Shown piece by piece: positions 1 through 12,264 of a DNA stretch of 64,000 nt. The stretch covers positions 1 through 64,000 of the forward strand of contig VJWM01000265.1 of assembly GCA_010909165.1 (NCBI GenBank). The letters run 5' to 3'. The notes under the pieces are model-generated. The model searched no databases. It was not told the DNA's origin and was given only the letters and a program-made list of their open reading frames with translations. Position 1 is the stretch's first letter; every line of letters starts with the position of its first letter. Both the position numbers and the translations under genes were made by a program. The DNA is from Anthoceros angustus (lineage: Eukaryota; Plantae; Anthocerotophyta).

Positions 1-729
1 GAGGTGCGAGTGGGCGATACTGTGACGGGTCCTTAAGCGTTTGCCACCGCGGCTGTCTTGTGCGTTGCAGTAGTTAAGCGCGTGAATGTGTGCGTTGAGG
101 ACCGACGGACGCAAAGTAAGGCGAGAATCAGGCGCAAAGCGACTGTCATTCCCTTGGAGCGGACTCCTTCCTACAACGACACGGATTGTGCGCGCCGTCT
201 AGTCGCGCCACAAGCTATGATCGGAGTGATCTAAGACGCACCTAAGCCGATGTCGATGCACTATGTGCTTCTCCGGTATCGGACATGCGTAAAATGGCTA
301 AGTCCTTTCAAAACTATGGCTTGAAAAGAAAAATAACTAGGTTAGTTATGCTCGATATATTTAATCCTAAACGATACTCATGTGATACTAACGATGCGTG
401 TCCAGGGGCTAGTTGAGGGGGCACAGGAGGGATGGATCGATGTATTCAATCCTTCACAGCTCCCGTCGACTTCTGGATGCGAAAAGGTGTTAGTGAAAAG
501 ACACAACTTTTCAAAAGTATCGTTTGAGTTCTTTAATTAGGGTTTCTACCAGAGCACTTCTTAGTCTTGTGAATGACATATGGGTTGATGGACCAAACAA
601 AAGCAAAGAGATGCAAAGCGAAGAGTCGGCAATGCAATTGTGGCGCTTTGAATCACGCCAAGAGCCACACGGCGATGCGCACGCCAGCGTCTCCGGCGCT
701 CCCGCCCGGTGAGCGGTCATAGGATGGAA

Positions 730-1870
730 TCTATCGGCAAGAATTATGTGGAAAATCCTTGGCCAAGATCCATCGCATCATTCCGACAATCATGAGATGT
801 TTATCAGTTAAAATTTGAGTGTCGATGCGGACTTGCGGCGGCGACACCGTCAGACACGAATTGTTGTGGAGGCGGATGGGCAAGGGACAGCCCAATTTGG
901 GGATTTGGTGGTTTGACTTCGCCATGGCACAGACGCGGATCTCCTCGATCAACATGGCTCTCACCGAGTGTGCAAGGCCAAGGGAGAAGTTGCTCAAGGA
1001 GAAGTTGGAGAGCCCGAAGGCGAGAGCAAGGCCGAGGAGCGCAGACGGAGTGCGGCTGCAAGGCAAGGCAGAGGAGCGCTAAGGCACATGTCCACTCAGC
1101 AGAAGCTTTAGTAAATCAGTCAAGGGGCGATGCTACAATTGAAGAGGATTTTCTCAAGGGAAGTCCCTAAGGAACCTCCACCGATTTTGCTTGTCTTGAC
1201 CAATCTCACAACTTGCTTCTTGTAGGAAGTAGATTTTCCAGCAATTAATGCTCAGATGTTTCTCCCTCGACCACCTAATTGTCCTGTTGTAATTTGGATG
1301 ATTGCACTTCATCAAAAGTTTGTAATTCGATCGACAATACAGTAATGTTGGGAATAAAGGTGAAATTGTGGATTCCTCCTCGACGCTTGACAAATGGTTG
1401 AGCGAGGATCGGTGGTTCCTAGCAATGCCGAGAGGGAATCTACTTGAGGTTCTCAAGCTGCTGCGGCTGATGGCACTCTGGAACTTGCTGTGCCCTCATT
1501 TCTAGCAACCCACTGTCTTAGCCGTATGTCGGGGTAGTTAGTCTCGTACAAATCCAGAACAGAGTCTGTAGGAACTCGATTTGTGTTTTGTAGCCTACTT
1601 GTACTACCACAAAGTCGTCTCCTTTGTTGGCATCAATCTGCACGAGGTCTACCCCGGCCAGGCATCATGCCTTGAGAAAAGTAGAGAGCATTTGGTGCTC
1701 GATACCATGAGAAATTACGGAGAGTAGTTTGGTGCAACAAAACTTGACACAAAATAATAATAGATTGATTACAAAATTGTATGTGTGTATTGTTTAAATA
1801 CTAAACTCTAAAACGGTTTAGTTAATGCAACCCTAAGTTCTTTATCCTAATGTTGGCTTTATTTCCAACA
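730..1870 (-). mobile_element. Degenerate, internally deleted Ty3/gypsy LTR retrotransposon remnant (LTR end, PBS, pol relics)
   Basis: The minus strand reads ...TTTCTCA (LTR 3' end at 1708) immediately followed by TGGTATCGAGCA (1696-1707), which is the tRNA-Met PBS TGGTATCAGAGC lacking one base. Downstream relics are PLTDLLK (~1105-1125, RT connection) and ILTD...MRWI (~770-815, RNase H-like). Boundaries are approximate. Confidence 0.55.
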
Positions 1871-1914
1871 AGTTGCCTAAGGTACACACATCCGAAGGGA
1901 TTCTATGTTATAAC

Positions 1915-3155
1915 TTTTGACGTTACAGACATGAAGGGTATACCGAGGGAGTGGGGGGAGCACAAGATTGATCTCGAGTCATGCCAGGTCGGATACCGCA
2001 ATACAAGCTAAATCCAAAGTATTCTGAAGGTAAAGGAACAATTGGAGCTCTACTTGCTGACGTCATATATCCTATTGTGACATCGTGGGTAGCCCCAATT
2101 GTGGTGGTTCCAAAAAGCGAAGGGAAGATACAGATGTCGAGATTGGAGGAAGTTAAACAAGGTGACCAAAAGACCACTACCGCTTCCATTCATAGACAAC
2201 ATACTGGATTTAGTTGCTGGGAGGATGGTCTACTCGTTCCTGGATGGGTATTCAGGGTATAATCAGCTGCATCTCAGGGAGAGTGATTGGCCTTCACTAC
2301 AGACTGGGGAACCTATGCTTACAAACGGAGTGCGTTCGGATTAACAGGGGCACCAGGATCCTTCATGCGGACAATTGTCAAGATTTTCAAGGAATACCTT
2401 AGGGACTTCATGGAAGTCTTCCTTGATGACTTCTGCGTGTTTGGGGCAGCGAAAGATCACCTGACACACCTTCGCAAATGTTTGGAACGGTGTCAACAGA
2501 CCCAATTGTGTCTACATCCCGAGAAATGTTATTTCGGCATGCCAGAGGGTATTTTGTTGGGGCACCGCATTTCTGCACGGGGCATAGAGGTCGACCCGGA
2601 TAAGGTCAAAATCATCACCGCCCTCAAGCCACCTACCACACTCAAAGAGCTTAGGGGATTCCTCGGATGGTAGGCTATTATCGCAGGTTTGTGAAGAATT
2701 TTTCCGAGGCGCTCGCTTCTGAGCGCCGCAAGGACCAGTGGGAATGGACGAAAAGCAGAGGAGGCCTTCAATGATCTTCGAACCACCACGATCACGCACA
2801 CGCTGGACCGGGGAGCAAGAAATTCCACGTGTTTGTAGACGTTTCGGCCTATGCAATCGGTACCATTCTAAGCCAAAGGGATGACAAGAAGCATGATTAC
2901 CCAATCTATTATGCGAGGCGACTCAGCGGAAAAAGTATACCACCACCAGAGGAGGCGCTGGGATGGTGGTATACTCGGTTCATAGTTTCGTCACTATTTG
3001 CTATCCTACGAGTTCGTCTTCCATGTGGACCACTTCGCCTCAAACACAGTAAACAAACCGACTTGTCGGACGGATAGCAAGATGGATCCTACTCCTGCAG
3101 GAATTCACGTTCACGGTGGAGACGAGGGGAGGTAGTAAACATGTGAATGCAGATT
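1915..3155 (+). mobile_element. Ty3/gypsy pol fragment (reverse transcriptase + RNase H), frameshifted, no LTRs
   Basis: Stitched frames give WVAPIVVVPK, CRDWRKLNK, FLDGYSGYNQ, AFTTDWGTY, FGLTGAPGSF, VFLDDFCVFG, LGHRIS, LRGFLG, VDVSAYAIGTILSQ, RIARWILLLQEF and KHVNAD. Several frameshifts and a stop interrupt it. Confidence 0.95.
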
Positions 3156-5059
3156 TGGTTAACCGCAGGATGTTGTGCTTATCTACTCCAGACATTGTAG
3201 ACCTGAACGGAAGGCGCAGTCACATCTCGATGTTTCCAGCTACAAAAGTATTGGTTGGTCTTAGACTAATCTTTGCGACAAGTTTTTGCAGATTACCAAT
3301 ACTACTGACAACTTGTGTGGGTACAAGATGGCTGCCGGAAACCATCTGATCGTTGGGTGAACCCCGATTTCACCGAAAGGTATGTTCCAAAAGACGAGTT
3401 GGCCAAGACGTTCTGTGATTTGTTGGCAGCTACAAGTAGAGAACGTGGCAAGAACTTTTTGCAAGAAGTTATCACAAGGAATGTCGAGCATCGAAAACCA
3501 TGGTGCAGAAAAGATGAAATTGCAGCTAAAATGTAAGTTACACCTAAAATGTCAAAGTTATCACCGATTTCCTTTAATGGGTACTGTGTGCATTCACTAA
3601 CGTTGGAATAGTCTCAAGTGGATGTTGGAAGTCCGATGCTAGCGGTGGTCTCAAATCTTGCAACATTCTTTTTGCTCTTGTGTACTGAGCCACCAACATT
3701 CTTGCACCTCGGATACAATATGGTTAGGATGGTTTTCCGGTTTATACGGTTTATGCTACCGTCATGTAGTAGGTACTAGCTGGTTTCTTACTAAGGTCAT
3801 CACGTGCACAATGTATCTGATCCCTCTTTTACTACCACCTAAGCTACTACACTATCGATTGCCCACATTCTTCGGAGAGAGCTTTCAGCTATCCTGGGCC
3901 AAACCAGCTAGACCACCCTCACCAAACCAGTCACGCGACTTGTAGTAAGTAATCTTGGTCTTTGCCTTGCTTCTCTATCACACGGACTAATGCATGACAT
4001 CCGGATTGTGGAATGTGACGACCCGGTTCGTCCCATAACAATTTCTCCGTCATCTCACGATATTCTGCGTGGTGAGCCCTTGAGCTGCCCTTTCGACCTC
4101 GAATGGGTGGATGGTCCTCGCTTGGCGACAAAGGTCATGTGACGCCTTGATTGCGGCGTATGCACCACAAGGGCTCGGGTGAGCTGGTTCAAGATGGGCA
4201 AATTGAACAGAGGAGCCCTCCGTGCTTTCCCAAGGCGTTAACCATAGTAGGCGTTAACCATAGTAGGTGAGATGTGAATGCTTGGTGTCAAGTGTTCGAG
4301 TTGAAGCTTTTGAGGCCATTGGTGCCCGAGTCTCGGCGCGAGACGACATCCGGCCGCGTTCACGATCCGGGACATTTCCTTCCTTCCAATCCCGCCTCAC
4401 GGTGAGGGTATTCCATACCGAACCCCACGCTCCCACCCTAGGCGACCCGATCGTGACGCCGCACGTCTGGCACAGGTCGCAGCACCGGCCGGCGGCGGTT
4501 GGCCAGCCGCCGTCCGGTGACCATGGCTTTCGCCAGCGCTATGGAGGGAGATACGCAGCCGCCGGCCGCGCCGATGCCTTCCACTTTCAAGAGCGCTTCT
4601 TCGCGTGGGCGATGGGTGTGTGATAATGTGGGATAGATACGCATTATCGACTTTATTTAGTATGATTTATGGATTTCAATTTATAAGGTTAACCTCGTGC
4701 GGTCCGAGAAAGGATATGTGCGAGGTATGCAAGAAGAAGAAGAAAATTTTAAACTGCATTAAGGATGGATGACCATCATAGAGGTACATAGATTGTGAAA
4801 TAGAATAATTATCTAATTACTTCTAAGGAGTTTTAGGAGCTGTGATTTTGATTTTCATTAGGCAAGACATCATCTCGCTTTGTGATATCTCTAGATCAAA
4901 CATATAGATATATATATCCTCCAATGTGGGTCATCATTTACCATTTGAAACATAAGGGTCTCATTTGCTAATGCTAAGCCTAAGAGTTCTCTAAGAAACT
5001 ACATTTCAACATGTATGTTCTCCTATATGGGTCATCATCCACAATCAAACATAAGCACC

Positions 5060-5493
5060 TCATGTGCTAATGGTAAGCCTAAGAGTCCACCAAAAATTGT
5101 ATTCGTGATATTTGCAAGGTTTCAATAAAGACCGAGGTAAAGGTTGGCCTCGTAATCCTAGAAGGTAGATTGTTCCATTTTGAAGGTTATAGATATTACT
5201 CCTCATGAAATGATACCGGTGATGTTCTATTGTTTGTTCATAACTAGAATAAAGAATTCTACCCCTACAATTGGGACATGTAAGATTCATTTTCAACCAT
5301 GGCATAAAACATGGTTCGTAGTGGAAAATATGACCACATGCATTAATCTTGATGATCTCTTTGTCTTTTTAATATCGTCAAGACAAATGCTACAACAAAT
5401 TGTTTCATTGCCATCGCACTTGTTGATCGTCGCATTTACAACATATTTAGCAGCATCAAATATTATTTCCCTCATACTAGTTGGCATGTCCAT
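5060..5493 (-). pseudogene. Small RING-H2 zinc-finger gene, frameshifted
   Basis: MDMPTS...DGNETICCSICLDDIKK, then a frameshift in an A-run, then ...ACGHIFHYEPCFMPWLKMNLTCPNCRGR. The RING-H2 ligand set is split over two frames. Confidence 0.8.
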
Positions 5494-5665
5494 TGTGATT
5501 TAAAGCCTTTTAACTTATGTCTTTATAATATATTTTATTTTTTCAAATATATTTCTCTTATTTCTCTCAAATATTTATGTTCAACCGACGCTTGCTGGTT
5601 TTTGTCAATATCCCAAGCAACTCAAATGCTCAACGTTCCTCACGGTGTTCCACCTGAGGATAAGG

Positions 5666-6700
5666 ACTCAACCAACCACTTGTAAGGCCCACTGATGATA
5701 GCTCCTATTTATACAACCCTTGATACACCACCTAGATATAATATGCCAAGTTAGCTTGTTGTTTTTTTGTAGTAGATACTATAATTATTACAAACATCCA
5801 TTCATAGTATATGTAGAAGTTTGTTCTTACTTAGTTTTTGGTGGTGAACAAAATTACATCAAACATCCATATATAGTAGTTGGAGGTAGATGGCATTCGT
5901 AGTATTCTCGACTCACGAAACTCAAAGAAGAAAAGTTTTTATTGGGAGAAAAAATTGATGGAAAAGCCCATCCAAGAGAGGACAACCAAGAGACCTTGAG
6001 GATTGTGGTAAAAATAGCAGCTATTCCTCCTCTTCCTCTATTGTTTGTAGGGCTTTTCTTCACGCATTCGACATTGTAGGGGCAATTGATGACTTAGATA
6101 GGAAGCTTAACTCCTTTTACCACAACTTAAAGAGGTGGAGGATGGCGACTCAACCAACCACTTGTAAGGCTCACGATAGTGACCCCTTTTATAGGACCCA
6201 TGATACACAACCTAGAGATAACTTACCAAATTAGCTTGTCTTTTCTTAGTACATACTATAATTATTACAAACATCCATACATAGTGTTTATAGAAATTCG
6301 CTCTTGCTCATCTTTTGGTGGTGAACATAATTACATCATGTATATATCAAACATCTATATATAGTAGTTAGATGGCGGATGATATTGAAAGTATTCGAGA
6401 CTACAAAACTCAAAGAGGTAATTTATAAAATATTTGTTGAATGCTATTAGTAACCCCAAGTGATGATGGTTCCTTTTACATGACTTATACAGCTCATAGG
6501 TATAATATGCCAAATCAATTTGTTTTATTTTTAGTAATAAATATTATAATTTTTACAACATCCGTAGTATATATAGAAGTTTGATCTTTCTTAATTTTTG
6601 GTGATTAACATAATTATATCAAATATATATCAAACATCCATATATAAATAATTAGATAATGAAAGTCTGCTATAACATATCCATATATCATGCTCATTTT
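5666..6700 (-). promoter_or_regulatory. Three diverged tandem ~250 bp promoter-like units upstream of the minus-strand RING gene
   Basis: Units start near 5690, 6175 and 6460. On the minus strand the first two carry TATAAATAGG (5704-5713) or TATAAAAGGG followed by CTTACAAGTGGTTGGTTGAGT (5666-5686, 6148-6168). A homologous block lies upstream of the plus-strand RING gene (9836-9938). Promoter function is inferred. Confidence 0.5.
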
Positions 6701-7009
6701 TACCTAAATAATAATTTGTAAAGGAAGAAAGTTAGAAAGCTGTTTACCTTGGTCTATAAGTAGCAAAACAGACCTGATTATTTAACTTTGTATTCATTGT
6801 TATCAAGATCGGGCTTTACACCGGAGCTTGTAGAAGTCATCGGATGAAGCGTTTGGGGCCGCTAGCACCGGGCGCTTTCGTCTCTTTGAAGAAGATTGTC
6901 TCCTCCAGACTTGGATGATGCCATGGTCGATTGGTGTGGTAGCAAAGTCTGCGAAGGTTGTGAGGGATGCGCAGAACACTTTTCTGATTGATACCGCAAG
7001 GCCGATCAG

Positions 7010-7050
7010 ATCGGGATCGGGATCGGGATCGGGATCGCGATCGTGATCGG
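7010..7050 (+). repeat. (GATCGG)n microsatellite (also 18600-18635)
   Basis: Seen directly in the sequence. Confidence 0.9.
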
Positions 7051-9273
7051 AGAGCGTGCTTTTGCGAATCCATCTCCCACTCTTATGCGTGCGACGAGAG
7101 AGATATCGATGCGGACTTGAGTTCTGTATTGAAGCATCAGTTCGAAATCCCAAAGTTCGAACTGAAGTTCCAAATACCCCGCTTCCAGTGTCAATTGCTG
7201 TGGTGGACGCCGGCTGACCGGCGCCCACCATATGTCTCATACCATATCCTTAGCATTATAAGTGGAAGGGTCGAGTGGTCATGAGGGCGCCGACCGGCCG
7301 GTGCCCTGTACGGGGAACCCATGCATGTACGGGGAACCCAAGAAAATTGGTCAACCTTTACTGCGGCGTGAAGGAAGGCGTGGGTAGAGATGTACTATCT
7401 TTAGATGTCGACAACATTGTGAGGAGGGTTCATCTTGTGCCCTTGAAGACAAACAGAGGCGACAGAACATAAGCGGTTTGGCTGTTAGGGCGGATTGATG
7501 CAAGCTTCAGCCGTGAATGACATAGTCAATCGCGATGCTATGGTGGACACCGCGCTGAGCCAGTTGATCTCTGGCCAGAGGGCCGTGGCGGCATAGATGG
7601 TAGCCGCAAGCACGAGGGCAGCTAGCTAGAAGATTAGGTTAGTTAGAGTGAGTGACTAACCTAGGGTCAACTAACCATAGTTAGCCAAACTCTAGTAAAG
7701 ACAAGGTCAGTTAAACCATGAAACACGTGCTGGGACAGGGACGCGGGCTACTTAAGCCCATTCCCAAGAATCAAGAGGCTCTCTCGCATACTAGCTGAGA
7801 GCCCTTTGCGTCCGAGATCTCCTTCTCGAGAAGAGCGATGACATTGGCAACATGAGAGAAAACTCTACAACTGGTGGAGTCACGTAGGCGGTTGGTGAAG
7901 ACACATGCAACGGCACTCAGGCGGCTAGCCGGTGAAGACGCATATACAAGCACTCAAGCAATTGATGAAGACACATGTGTGCACACAGTGAGCAAAAAAA
8001 AAGAAAAATTGCAGACTTTTGGGCAGTTTGTGAGGACGAAAACGCTCATGTGATTGGCAAAGGTGTAGGCAGTTGATGGAGATGCACTTGAGGGGCATGT
8101 CATGAAGACAAGTGCTTGTAAAACCCCATTCTACACACCATGAGATGCTCAAACAGTCAACTGAGACACTTTGAGGGCTGATGTTTTCACAAACGTGATC
8201 ACAGACTCGTCTTATGCCAGATAAGGGGGGTGCTGGTTTGAAGAAGGATGTCTACACAAACTCTTCATTTGGTCAGCAAATTCGAGCTAACCAGTGCCCA
8301 TGTGAGGTTAGTGGTGACTAGAAAACGTGAGGCCAAATTTCTCGCAAAACACTTGGCCAATTATGACTATCTTGGTATCATCCGATAGAGCTCAACAAGA
8401 AAAACATAATAGTATCAAACATGTATTTTTTTGAGTCACTATAACGATGAGAACGTGGGCCTTGAGTAATTACGCAACCTTGAAAGCTCAATGATACCAT
8501 TCTTGATATTTTTGGAATTTACAAGAAAATAAGTTCTCCATTGGGTCCTTCCAAAGAAGAAGAAGTTGAGATGTGGGTACTAGTCTTTGAATTTGGAACT
8601 TTGTACATGTGTATCATGTCACATTTGCTTAGAATGAACAATCCATTGCGTGTATTGAAAGCAATGTTGGAGCATAACTACAAGTGTAGAGGCTTCTCGA
8701 ACTAGGTGCTAGCTCTCAAGTGTGCAGTTGGATTGACACAAGAGTTGAAGAAACTACAATGCTCGCAAGCGGTTTCTGATATGATTTTATGAACACACAT
8801 ACCATTGAGTAAACATTGAGCAGGGCCTCATGTAGTCAAGCTGTGCAGGTCATGGAGTCTGTACCTGCGAGCACCTCCAAAAATGGCAGAATGATGTGCA
8901 AATCTATATGAAGAAAGAATATTCGAGAGAGAGAAGGAATCTTTGCGAGGTAGCAGTGTTTGACATATCCGGATCGATTACGATTATTTCATCACACCTT
9001 AGAGCAAGCTGGAGCTACCTTCATCAAGTGGAAAGGGGAAGCAACGAGGCGACCTCTTTCTCATAAATCTTTGCATGCACCAACACTAATTAATGATGGA
9101 CTCAAGACGCATAAGTAAGTCTATATGAAGTCTCCAAATTCTCGAAAAGAAAACACTCTTTGGCATTTTGCCTCAAGTGGCACACGAAAAGAAATTTAAT
9201 GTGTAGAATTTACAAGAAAAGAGGTTTACTACTCTAGGATGAAATGGCACACGAATAGAAGTTTAATAATTAT

Positions 9274-9430
9274 AATTTACAAGAAAATAAGTTCTCCATT
9301 GGGTCCTTCCAGGAAAAGAAATTTTTGGAATTTACAAGAAAAAAAGTTCTCCAGTGGGTCCTTCCAAAGAAAGAAAGTTTTCAAATTTACAAGAAAATAA
9401 GTTCTCCATTGGGTCCTTCCAAGAAAGAAA
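9274..9430 (+). repeat. Three tandem ~55 bp units AATTTACAAGAAAATAAGTTCTCCATTGGGTCCTTCCA; a fourth dispersed copy lies at ~8509-8560
   Basis: Seen directly in the sequence. Confidence 0.9.
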
Positions 9431-10082
9431 TTTCCTTCAATTTGTACTTGACCTCTCATTGGAACTTTTTATTTAGTAGTTCTCGTTCACCATTCACCAA
9501 AGAAAGAAAAAAAGTGCACTACTAGGGCCTTACAAGAAAAGAAAGTTCACTAGCCATTTGAGCTTTATAAGAGGTTGGTTCAGTTCCCTTGTTAGCGATG
9601 TTGTAACTCATAAAGACAACTTGAGAAGACTTAAATGTTGAGTTGCCCAACCAAGCCATCATACTTAGAAGCACCAATACGAGTAGCATTGAACAAATTT
9701 TGAAGATACCAAAACAAACTACCTAATATCTACATATACTACCCTCGTACAAGAGAACAAGACTTGGACTTTTTACATCTAAGGCTATATCAAGGGTCAT
9801 GCATCGGTGTAGTGCCAAATATCTATATATGGTACCTACTACAAGAAAACAAAACTTGGCCTTTCATATTTAGGGTATATTAAGGGTTATATGAAAAGGA
9901 GTGAGCATTGCTTGGATCTTACAACTGGTTGGTTGAGTTTCGGTCATCCTCGCAATCTTCCACCTCGGAAACACCTAGACAATTGAGTCGCTAATGATAT
10001 TGAAAGGAACCAAGACATTTAGACATATTTGAGAGAAATAAATAAAAAAGAATATATACAAATTTTGAATACAATATAAAGG

Positions 10083-10355
10083 ATGGACATGTTACCTAGT
10101 GTTGTGAGATGTTGCGGCGGAAATATCACGAGAGTTAAGTACGATGGCAATGAGACAATATGTTGTAGCATTTGTCTTGAAGATATTGAAAAAAAAGACG
10201 AGGTCATCAAGGTCAATGCATGTGGTCATCTTTTCCACTATGAACCATGTTTTATGCCATGGATAAGAATCAATTCTACATGTCCGAATTGTAGGGGTAG
10301 ATTATTTGATCTTTTCCGAACAAACAATACAACCTCACCAAGTATCAATAAATGA
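10083..10355 (+). CDS. Small RING-H2 zinc-finger protein (putative E3 ligase), intact RING with H-x3-C spacing
   Basis: CSICLEDIEKKDEVIKVNACGHLFHYEPCFMPWIRINSTCPNC in one frame. The ORF end may be a 1-bp indel artefact, because unit 2 of the array continues in frame. Confidence 0.8.
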   Translation: MDMLPSVVRCCGGNITRVKYDGNETICCSICLEDIEKKDEVIKVNACGHLFHYEPCFMPWIRINSTCPNCRGRLFDLFRTNNTTSPSINK

Positions 10356-11980
10356 GGAAGGATCTTTGCCCGAACGTCCCTTCCTCGTCGTCTCTCATCA
10401 TATGAGCAATTCTATAATTTAATGGCTAGAGAACCTCTTCCGTCCCTCTCTCCTCCGAAAGCATCAACGAGGAGAGTGAAGTTGAGGTTGTGGGAGTTAA
10501 TCTTCTTAACTGCAAGAGGTCGGAGGGTAGACAAGGTATGGGAGTTAATCTTCTTAACTGCAAGAGGTTGGACGGGTAGAGAAGGTATGGGAGTCAATCT
10601 TCTTAACTGTGCAAGAGGTTGGACGGTAGAAAATATGGGAGTTAATCTTTCAAACCGGGCAAGAGGTCGGAGGGATAGACAAGGTATGGGATTTAATCTT
10701 CCAAACCGGGCAAGAGGTCGGAGGAGGGTAGACAAGGTCTTCTTAGGAGTAATGACGGCTCTGGTCACTACTTTGAAGGGTGAAAAAAGACGAGGTCATC
10801 AAGGTCAATGCATGTGGTCATCTTTTCCACTATGAACCATGTTTTATGCCATGGATAAGAATCAATTCTACATGTCCGAATTGTAGGGGTAGATTATTTG
10901 ATCTTTTTCCTGAACAAACAATACAACCTCACCAAGTATCAATAAATGAGGAAGGATCTTTGCCTGAACGTCCCTTCCTCGTACGTCTCTCATCATATGA
11001 GCAATTCTATAATTTAATGGCTAGAGAACCTCTTGCCGTCCCTCTCTCCTCTGAAAGCGTCAACGAGGAGAGTGAAGTTGAGGTTGTGGGAGTTAATCTT
11101 CTTAACCAGGCAAGAGGTTGGACGGGTAGAGAAGGTATGGGAGTTAATCTTCTTAACCAGGTAAGAGGTTGGACGGGTAGAGAAAATATGGGAGTTAATC
11201 TTCTTAACCGTGCAAGAGGTTGGACGGTAGAAAATATGGGAGTTAATCTTTCAAACCCGGGCAAGAGGTCGGAGGGATAGACAAGGTATGGGATTTAATC
11301 TTCCAAACCGGGCAAGAGGTCGGAGGAGGGTAGACAAGGTCTTCTTAGGAGTAATGACGGCTCTGGTCACTACTTTGAAGGGTGAAAAAAGACGAGGTCA
11401 TCAAGGTCAATGCATGTGGTCATCTTTTCCACTATGAACCATGTTTTATGCCATGGATAAGAATCAATTCTACATGTCCGAATTGTAGGGGTAGATTATT
11501 TGATCTTTTCCGAACAAACAATACAACCTCACCAAGTATCAATAAATGAGGAAGGATCTTTGCCCGAACGTCCCTTCCTCGTCGTCTCATCATATGAGCA
11601 ATTCTATAATTTAATGGCTAGAGAACCTCTTGCCGTCCTCTCTCCTCCGAAAGCATCAACGAGAGTGAAGTTGAGGTTGTGGGAGTTAATCTTCTTAACT
11701 GCAAGAGGTGGACGGTAGAGAAGGTATGGGAGTTAATCTTCTTAACTGTGCAAGAGGTTGGACGGTAGAGAAGGTATGGGAGTTAATCTTCTTAACCATG
11801 TAAGAGGTTGGACGGGTAGAGAAAATATGGGAGTTAATCTTTCAAACCAGGCAAGAGGTCGGAGGGATAGACAAGGTATGGGATTTAATCTTCCAAACCA
11901 GGCAAGAGGTCGGAGGGGTAGACAAGGTCTTCTTAGGAGTAATGACGGCTCCTGGTCACTACTTTGAAGGGTGAAAAAAA
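10188..11980 (+). repeat. Tandem array of three ~600 bp units (C-terminal half of the RING plus nested 51-bp repeats encoding GVNLLNQARGWTGREGM-like 17-mers)
   Basis: Units begin at GAAAAAAGACGAGGTCATCAAGG at 10188, 10782 and 11384. A degenerate relic of the same sequence lies at ~12981-13060. Confidence 0.95.
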
Positions 11981-12143
11981 CAGCATTGGTTAAACAGAAA
12001 GCGTCTAAATGCATGGTTTCATGGCCAAAATTGCACATGTCAACGTAGGAGCTATTAATTGATGGAAATATCGTTTTAAGGGTGTTTAAATATTCGTATA
12101 ATAGGAAAGTCTAAATTAGAATAGGTATTATTGGAAATACAAC

Positions 12144-12264
12144 GCGTGATTGTGGGGGTTAGTACCCCTGACATGGTGCCCTTCGTCGGGTTTTTCCTCC
12201 CTTTGTTTTTGGGGTGGATGGGTTTTTCCCATCTCTTTTTTATAATAAAGTCTTCTTTTCCCTT
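12144..12264 (+). mobile_element. Isolated 3' end (~120 bp) of the CRE-like non-LTR element found at 25163-26420
   Basis: GCGTGATTGTGGGGGTTAGTACCCCTGACATGGTGCCCTTCG...TATAATAAAGTCTTCTTTTCCCTT matches 26332-26420. Confidence 0.8.

Larger units (their letters stand above)
3156..7159 (+). repeat. Segmental duplication, copy 1 (homologous to 14633-18753)
   Basis: Colinear from TGGTTAACCGCAGGATGTTGTG to GAAATCCC(C/A)AAGTTCG. The differences are mostly 1-4 bp indels. Confidence 0.95.

Noticed and set aside
9274-9430. Short direct repeats resembling a CRISPR array
   Set aside because: The units are contiguous, with conserved rather than unique spacers. The context is eukaryotic and there are no cas genes.
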